NCBI GenBank assembly: GCA_964522435.1
Contig: CAZFUL010000004.1
Location: forward strand, 54,360-118,359
DNA length: 64,000 nt
Direction: 5' to 3'
DNA from: an uncultured Gammaproteobacteria bacterium
Lineage (GTDB): Bacteria > Patescibacteriota > Patescibacteriia > Magasanikbacterales > UBA922
Shown: positions 58,864 through 64,000 of the stretch, piece after piece
Layout of the letters: every line of letters starts with the position of its first letter
Position numbering within the stretch: position 1 is the first letter of the stretch
Position numbers and translations under genes: made by a program
Notes under the pieces: model-generated
What the model was told of the DNA's origin: nothing
Databases searched by the model: none
What the model saw: only the letters and a program-made list of their open reading frames with translations

Positions 58864-60671
58864 TGAACCTGTTGTTCTTCATGAAAGGCGAGGATGGTGC
58901 CAACAAAAAGTGCGCCATACTCATCATAGAGTGCTCGGGTCATGCCGGGAACTTGCTGCATGTGTTCTTCGTTAACTGGCATGTGTTTGGCCATGTGTGC
59001 CAGCATGGTATCGTTCATCATGACACAAATGCGTTGTTCATCTTCTGCAATTTCTTTTCGTAGTCGCAAAAGGGTATCAAAAAGTTGCGTATTTTTTTCT
59101 TGTGGGGCCTGCGTAGTATATGATGGATATTGTTGAGAGATACTTTCGTACGCATTCTGAACAAATACGGATAAACTAATTGTTCGTTCTCCACATAAAA
59201 TTTCTTTGCCTTTGTTGGTAAGTTGTACTATAGCGGTATCTTTTTTGTGCGGTTGGATCACCCCTAATTGCTCTAACTCCTGAATATAATATTGCCAGGC
59301 AGATCGAGAGAGTTCTTTTCCACAACCAAATGTTTGTAAGGCGGTATATCCCTGGGTAAGGAGTGTGGGGTGGTACTCACCCAAAAGGATAGCAATAATG
59401 GTTGCTGTATGAGCATCGGTACCCAGCCGAGCAATGGCAGAACAAATTTTTTGGGTAATAATGGTGCCATCTATATAGGCACCAGATTCTTCACAGCGAT
59501 CGCAGGAACCACAACGGTCTTTTGCGCTTTCATCAAAGTATTCAAGTAACAGTTGCCTTCGACAGAGTTTGGTAGAAGCATAGGCATACATGTCAGAAAG
59601 TTTCTTTTTTTGAATAGCACTATTGGCTGTTTGCTCAATCATTGGCTCAATCATTTTAATATCCGCTTTACTATAAAAGAGCAAGGCATCACTCGCTTGC
59701 CCATCTCTGCCTGCACGACCAATTTCTTGATAATAGCCTTCAATATTTTTTGGCATGTTGTAATGAATCACCCAACGAATATCTGGTTTATCTATACCCA
59801 TACCAAAAGCAATCGTCGCGCATAAAACGGGAATTTCTCCGTTCATAAACGCCTGTTGCACTGCAGAGCGTTCTTCTGCGGTAAGACCCGCATGATAATA
59901 CCCAGCCCGAATGCCTTGCTCACGGAGTTTTTGTGCAAGAAACTGGGTTGATTTTCTACTTAAGGTATACACAATGCCATTTTTCCCGGGGCGTTCTTGA
60001 ATAAATGATAACAAGGATTCAAATCGTTTTTGTCCAGGAAGGGCGCGTAAGTAAATATTTGGTCTATCAAAAGAGGTGGTAAACACCACTGGTTGTTTTA
60101 ATGCAAGTTGGGTAACAATATCTTGTTTGGTCGTCGCGTCTGCGGTGGCGGTTAATGCTAAAAAAGGTGTTTGTTGATAGATGGATCGAATAGTTTTAAT
60201 TTTGGTATATTCTTTTCTAAAATCATGCCCCCAGGTAGAAACACAGTGCGCTTCATCAATCGCAACAAGACTGACTTTCAATCGCTCGAGGAGCGACAAC
60301 ATATCTGCAGAAACAAATTTTTCCGGAGACACATAGAGTAATTTTACTTCTTGTCGTAATAATCGGTTAATAACCTCTTGCTGGGCATCACTATCAAGAC
60401 TACTGTTTATGTAGGCTGCGCCAATTTTTTTTTCTGTGAGTGCCTGTACTTGGTCCTTCATGAGAGAAATAAGCGGAGAGATAACAATGGTTATTCCTGG
60501 TAGCATGAGTGCCGGGATTTGGTAACAGAGCGATTTGCCTGCTCCTGTTGGCATAAGCACCAGTGCATCTTTTTGCGCCAAGACGGTATCAATAATATCC
60601 TTTTGTGGAAAACGAAACTCCGGTAAGCGGAAGTATGTTTCTAAGTAATATTGTGGCGTTCGCTCGTACAT
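58860..60671 (-). CDS. recQ: ATP-dependent DNA helicase RecQ
   Basis: MPTGAGKSLCYQIP, DEAHC, ATIAFGMGIDKPD, QEIGRAGRDG, RQC cysteines, HRDC-like tail. Confidence 0.96.
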   Translation of the reverse strand: MYERTPQYYLETYFRLPEFRFPQKDIIDTVLAQKDALVLMPTGAGKSLCYQIPALMLPGITIVISPLISLMKDQVQALTEKKIGAAYINSSLDSDAQQEVINRLLRQEVKLLYVSPEKFVSADMLSLLERLKVSLVAIDEAHCVSTWGHDFRKEYTKIKTIRSIYQQTPFLALTATADATTKQDIVTQLALKQPVVFTTSFDRPNIYLRALPGQKRFESLLSFIQERPGKNGIVYTLSRKSTQFLAQKLREQGIRAGYYHAGLTAEERSAVQQAFMNGEIPVLCATIAFGMGIDKPDIRWVIHYNMPKNIEGYYQEIGRAGRDGQASDALLFYSKADIKMIEPMIEQTANSAIQKKKLSDMYAYASTKLCRRQLLLEYFDESAKDRCGSCDRCEESGAYIDGTIITQKICSAIARLGTDAHTATIIAILLGEYHPTLLTQGYTALQTFGCGKELSRSAWQYYIQELEQLGVIQPHKKDTAIVQLTNKGKEILCGERTISLSVFVQNAYESISQQYPSYTTQAPQEKNTQLFDTLLRLRKEIAEDEQRICVMMNDTMLAHMAKHMPVNEEHMQQVPGMTRALYDEYGALFVGTILAFHEEQQVH

Positions 60672-60777
60672 ATGGGCATATTGTATCATGCTTTTGTATT
60701 CGCAAAAAAGGTGAGTTATATGCTATTCTATACACAGAGTTATAGACAGTTTATTCTTAATGGCACCGCCATACTAT

Positions 60778-61188
60778 ATGTCATATTCATTAGGACAGTT
60801 GAGTCTTATTTACCTTGGGTCTACGGTTGTTTTTTTCGCAATCGATATGCTCTGGCTAGGCGTTATTGCCAAGTCATTTTATCAAACACAGCTCGCGGCC
60901 TTTATGGGGCCGGTAAATTGGGTTGCTGCGATTATCTTTTATTTGGTGTTTATTATCGGGATTTTATTTTTTGTTTCGTTACCGGCAGCAGAAACTGGCT
61001 TGTGGTATAAAGCGTTACTCTATGGGGCGTTATTTGGCTTTTTTACCTACGCCACCTATGACCTAACCAATTTTGCTACACTCAAAGATTGGCCATTTAT
61101 TGTGGTTGTTGTTGATATGATTTGGGGGATGGTTATTACCTCAACCGTCGGGTTAGTTGGTTATTTCATTGCGCGATGGATTGCGTAA
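60778..61188 (+). CDS. DUF2177-family membrane protein
   Basis: ID.LWL, YATYDLTN.ATLK.WP, DM.WG. Confidence 0.85.
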   Translation: MSYSLGQLSLIYLGSTVVFFAIDMLWLGVIAKSFYQTQLAAFMGPVNWVAAIIFYLVFIIGILFFVSLPAAETGLWYKALLYGALFGFFTYATYDLTNFATLKDWPFIVVVVDMIWGMVITSTVGLVGYFIARWIA

Positions 61189-61189
61189 T

Positions 61190-62554
61190 ATGATTGAATC
61201 AGAACGGATTCATGTGCTTAATACACAGCCCCGCCAAGAGCAGGGAAGCTATGTTGTGTATGTTATGCAAGCAGCACAACGAGTGGAATATAATCATGCC
61301 CTTGAATATGCCATTCGTATGGCAAATACAAAAAATTTGCCCCTGGTGGTATATAGTGAACTTATCGATACGTATCCTGGTGAAAATTTGCGGCACTACA
61401 CCTTTATGATTGAAGGGTTGCGGGAGGTTGTTGTGTCGCTGAAAAAACAGGGGATTCAAACGGTGGTGCATTATCAAAAAAGTAAACAAAAGACAACAGA
61501 TCTTCTTTTGTTGTCTGCGCAAGCGTATGCTGTTGTTACGGATATTGGCTATACTCGTTTTCAACGAGAGTGGCGAGCACGCTATGCCAAAAAGATTTCT
61601 TGTGAATTCGTGGGGGTAGAAACAAATGTCGTGATTCCTGTAGCGGTTGCCTCACAAAAAGAAGAATATGCGGCAAAAACAATTCGTCCAAAAATACACA
61701 AGCAACTAACAAGATATCTTGTACCACTGCGTCATAGCAAGGTAAAACAGTCAAGTGTATCACTTTCTTTTCACTCCTACGATATATACAGCGAACAGGT
61801 GTTTAGCGATGTTCCTTTTAATAAAGAGGTGACGTCTGTTTCACGATATTTTTCTGGCGGAACAAGTGAGGCAAAAAAATGGTTAACTCTTTTTTTTCAA
61901 AAAAAATTAGCTACCTATGCGGATACCCGCAATGATCCGAGTGAACAAAGCCTGTCCTGCATGAGTCCGTATTTGCATGCTGGGCAAATATCACCCCTCT
62001 ATATTGCCTTGCAAGCGCACAAACAAGCACAGAGCGCGGTGGATGTGTTTTTAGAAGAGCTTATTGTGCGCCGAGAATTGGCAATTAATTTTACCTGGTT
62101 TCAACCGAACTATGATAGCTATGACTGTCTCCCGGACTGGGCAAAAAAAACCTTAGATGCCCATCGTGCTGATACACGGGAATATGTGTATAGTCAAAAA
62201 CAATTTGAACAAGCACAAACCCATGATCCGTATTGGAATGCGGCGCAAAGAGAAATGCTCATAACCGGCAAAATGCATGGCTACATGCGCATGTATTGGG
62301 GGAAAAAAATACTTGAATGGGCAAAAACACCAGAAGAGGCGTTTCGTATTGCGCTGTATCTAAATGATACCTATGAATTAGATGGAAGAGATCCCAATGG
62401 CTATGCCGGGGTTGCCTGGTGTTTTGGAAAGCATGATCGTCCCTGGTTTGAACGGGAGATTTTTGGTCAGGTGCGCTATATGAATGCTGCTGGACTCAAA
62501 CGAAAATTTGCTATTGATGCGTATGTCGCATATGTTCATTCACTAACAGCATAA
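61190..62554 (+). CDS. Class II CPD photolyase
   Basis: QRVEYNHAL, SPYLHAGQIS, EELIVRREL, MHGYMRMYWGKK, DGRDPNGY, HDRPW. Confidence 0.95.
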   Translation: MIESERIHVLNTQPRQEQGSYVVYVMQAAQRVEYNHALEYAIRMANTKNLPLVVYSELIDTYPGENLRHYTFMIEGLREVVVSLKKQGIQTVVHYQKSKQKTTDLLLLSAQAYAVVTDIGYTRFQREWRARYAKKISCEFVGVETNVVIPVAVASQKEEYAAKTIRPKIHKQLTRYLVPLRHSKVKQSSVSLSFHSYDIYSEQVFSDVPFNKEVTSVSRYFSGGTSEAKKWLTLFFQKKLATYADTRNDPSEQSLSCMSPYLHAGQISPLYIALQAHKQAQSAVDVFLEELIVRRELAINFTWFQPNYDSYDCLPDWAKKTLDAHRADTREYVYSQKQFEQAQTHDPYWNAAQREMLITGKMHGYMRMYWGKKILEWAKTPEEAFRIALYLNDTYELDGRDPNGYAGVAWCFGKHDRPWFEREIFGQVRYMNAAGLKRKFAIDAYVAYVHSLTA

Positions 62555-62557
62555 TAT

Positions 62558-63334
62558 ATGGAAATAGATTCTTTTTTATGGGTATGCGCAAGCATATTCG
62601 TGTACATGACGGTAGGATTTATCATCTCTGTGCTGCGTAAGCGCAATGATATTGCGGATATCTTGTGGGGCATAGGGTTTATTGTTGCCATGCTTGTGGC
62701 AACCCTGTTGCAAGATGTATTTACCACGCGCATGCTCCTGCTTGGTATATTAGTGTCACTGTGGGGAATACGGTTAGCTATTCATATAGGCACCCGCAAC
62801 AAAGGAAAAAAAGAAGACTTTCGTTATGCGCAGTGGCGCAAAGATTGGGGAAAGTGGTTTTTATTGCGCTCATATGCCCAAGTATTTTTATTACAAGGAC
62901 TGTTGTTAGTTGTGGTTGTGTCACCTGTTATCTTGAATGCCATGTATGACGCGGCATGGAAATGGTCGTGGCTCGATAGTCTTGGGCTTGTTATTTGGAT
63001 GATTGGTTTTTTCTTTGAAGCCGTAGGGGATTATCAACTGCGGTCGTTTTTGGCAACAAATAAAAAAGCGGGTACTATTATGCAGAGTGGGTTATGGCGC
63101 TATACCAGACATCCAAATTATTTTGGCGAAGTGACCTTATGGTGGGGAATTGGGATTATTGCTTTTTCTGGAACAGGTATGGTGCTATCATTTGTTGGGC
63201 CGGTCGTGATTAGTTATTTGATCTTGTTTGTTTCTGGGGTGCCGTTACTCGAGAAAAAGTATGCAGGCAATGCGGCGTTTGAAGCATATAAAAAGAAAAC
63301 ATCCGTATTTTTTCCCTTGCCGCCAAAAAAATAA
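62558..63334 (+). CDS. DUF1295-family membrane protein (steroid 5-alpha reductase-like)
   Basis: D..WG, WG.RL, ED.RY, GLWRYTRHPNYFGE. Confidence 0.9.
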   Translation: MEIDSFLWVCASIFVYMTVGFIISVLRKRNDIADILWGIGFIVAMLVATLLQDVFTTRMLLLGILVSLWGIRLAIHIGTRNKGKKEDFRYAQWRKDWGKWFLLRSYAQVFLLQGLLLVVVVSPVILNAMYDAAWKWSWLDSLGLVIWMIGFFFEAVGDYQLRSFLATNKKAGTIMQSGLWRYTRHPNYFGEVTLWWGIGIIAFSGTGMVLSFVGPVVISYLILFVSGVPLLEKKYAGNAAFEAYKKKTSVFFPLPPKK

Positions 63335-63372
63335 CGTACTCGAGTACCGTATTATGTAATTTCTCTCATGCT

Positions 63373-64000
63373 ATGAAAAAACAATCTGTTAGGAGTAATT
63401 TAAAGAAATATAGCCGACCACTCGCTGGTATTGTGGCTATGGTAATACTCTCTGGTTGTACACAGCAAGCACCATCGTATAATAATCTGTCTGAAACAGG
63501 GGTCATAACGAGTGGTCCTGAGGATACAGTCATTGTTCCCTCAGGAGAGGATGTCATTGTTGAAACAACAAATACGAGACCATCTGATGCGGATAGAGAC
63601 ACCTTTGAAATAATTAATCGATATTATTCAAAGGACAACAATCACGGTTTTATGAATGGCCATAAGATTGAAGGCAGTGATGGAAAAACATTTTCGTATA
63701 TTGCAGACTTTTATACAAAAGATAAAAATTTTGTATTTTATGGCAATGCAAAAATTGACGGAGCTGACCCAGATACATTTGAATTTTTAAATTTTCATTA
63801 CGCCAAAGATGCACATCATGGGTATTTTGATGGAAAAAAAATTGAGGGCAGTGATGGCGCTAGTTTTGAGGTAATTGATCTTGATTATGCCAAAGATATC
63901 CATACGGTTTATTATTTTGGAGAAAAAAAGATAGGGCAGAGCAGTAGTTTTATCAAATTAAACGATTCCTACGGAAAAGATAGTGACTATGCTTATTATA
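63373..64000 (+). CDS. DKNYY-repeat lipoprotein (3' truncated by window edge)
   Basis: Manual translation MKKQ...VILSGC (lipobox); repeats ADPDTFE..YAKD..YY, KDKNFVFY. Confidence 0.82.
   Translation, partial: MKKQSVRSNLKKYSRPLAGIVAMVILSGCTQQAPSYNNLSETGVITSGPEDTVIVPSGEDVIVETTNTRPSDADRDTFEIINRYYSKDNNHGFMNGHKIEGSDGKTFSYIADFYTKDKNFVFYGNAKIDGADPDTFEFLNFHYAKDAHHGYFDGKKIEGSDGASFEVIDLDYAKDIHTVYYFGEKKIGQSSSFIKLNDSYGKDSDYAYY

Overview
AT-rich bacterial chromosome segment using genetic code 11 (TGA is a stop codon and RF2 is present). The gene content suggests a Patescibacteria/CPR genome, probably Parcubacteria/ABY1-like; this is inference from the short EF-Ts, a CPR-type T4SS pilin-domain protein, a giant Cys-rich surface protein and largely Shine-Dalgarno-free starts. 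The housekeeping backbone comprises gmk, rplS, uvrA, rpsB-tsf, valS-tyrS-argS, tRNA-Leu(GAG), RNase P RNA, a surface-glycan cluster, yidC, groES-groEL, prfB, tsaC, rsmA, recQ and a class II photolyase. Three things stand out. (1) A ~20 kb co-oriented, apparently non-mobile T4SS-like/surface locus (38.4-58.9 kb): a 3,010-aa Cys-repeat protein, extended VirB6-like, two unknown proteins, PrgI, a split VirB4, VirB8-like and ComF. (2) Three isolated GC-rich single-gene cassettes (16.9, 22.0 and 48.3 kb). Each has a strong AAGGAG Shine-Dalgarno and a 3' hairpin, two have structured 5' leaders, and all sit behind AT-rich native-looking promoters, while the native genes mostly lack SD sequences. One cassette lies inside the T4SS locus. 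(3) An unannotated ~120-nt hairpin with its own promoter upstream of a variant CIRCE and groES. No CRISPR array, rRNA, transposase or integrase was seen.
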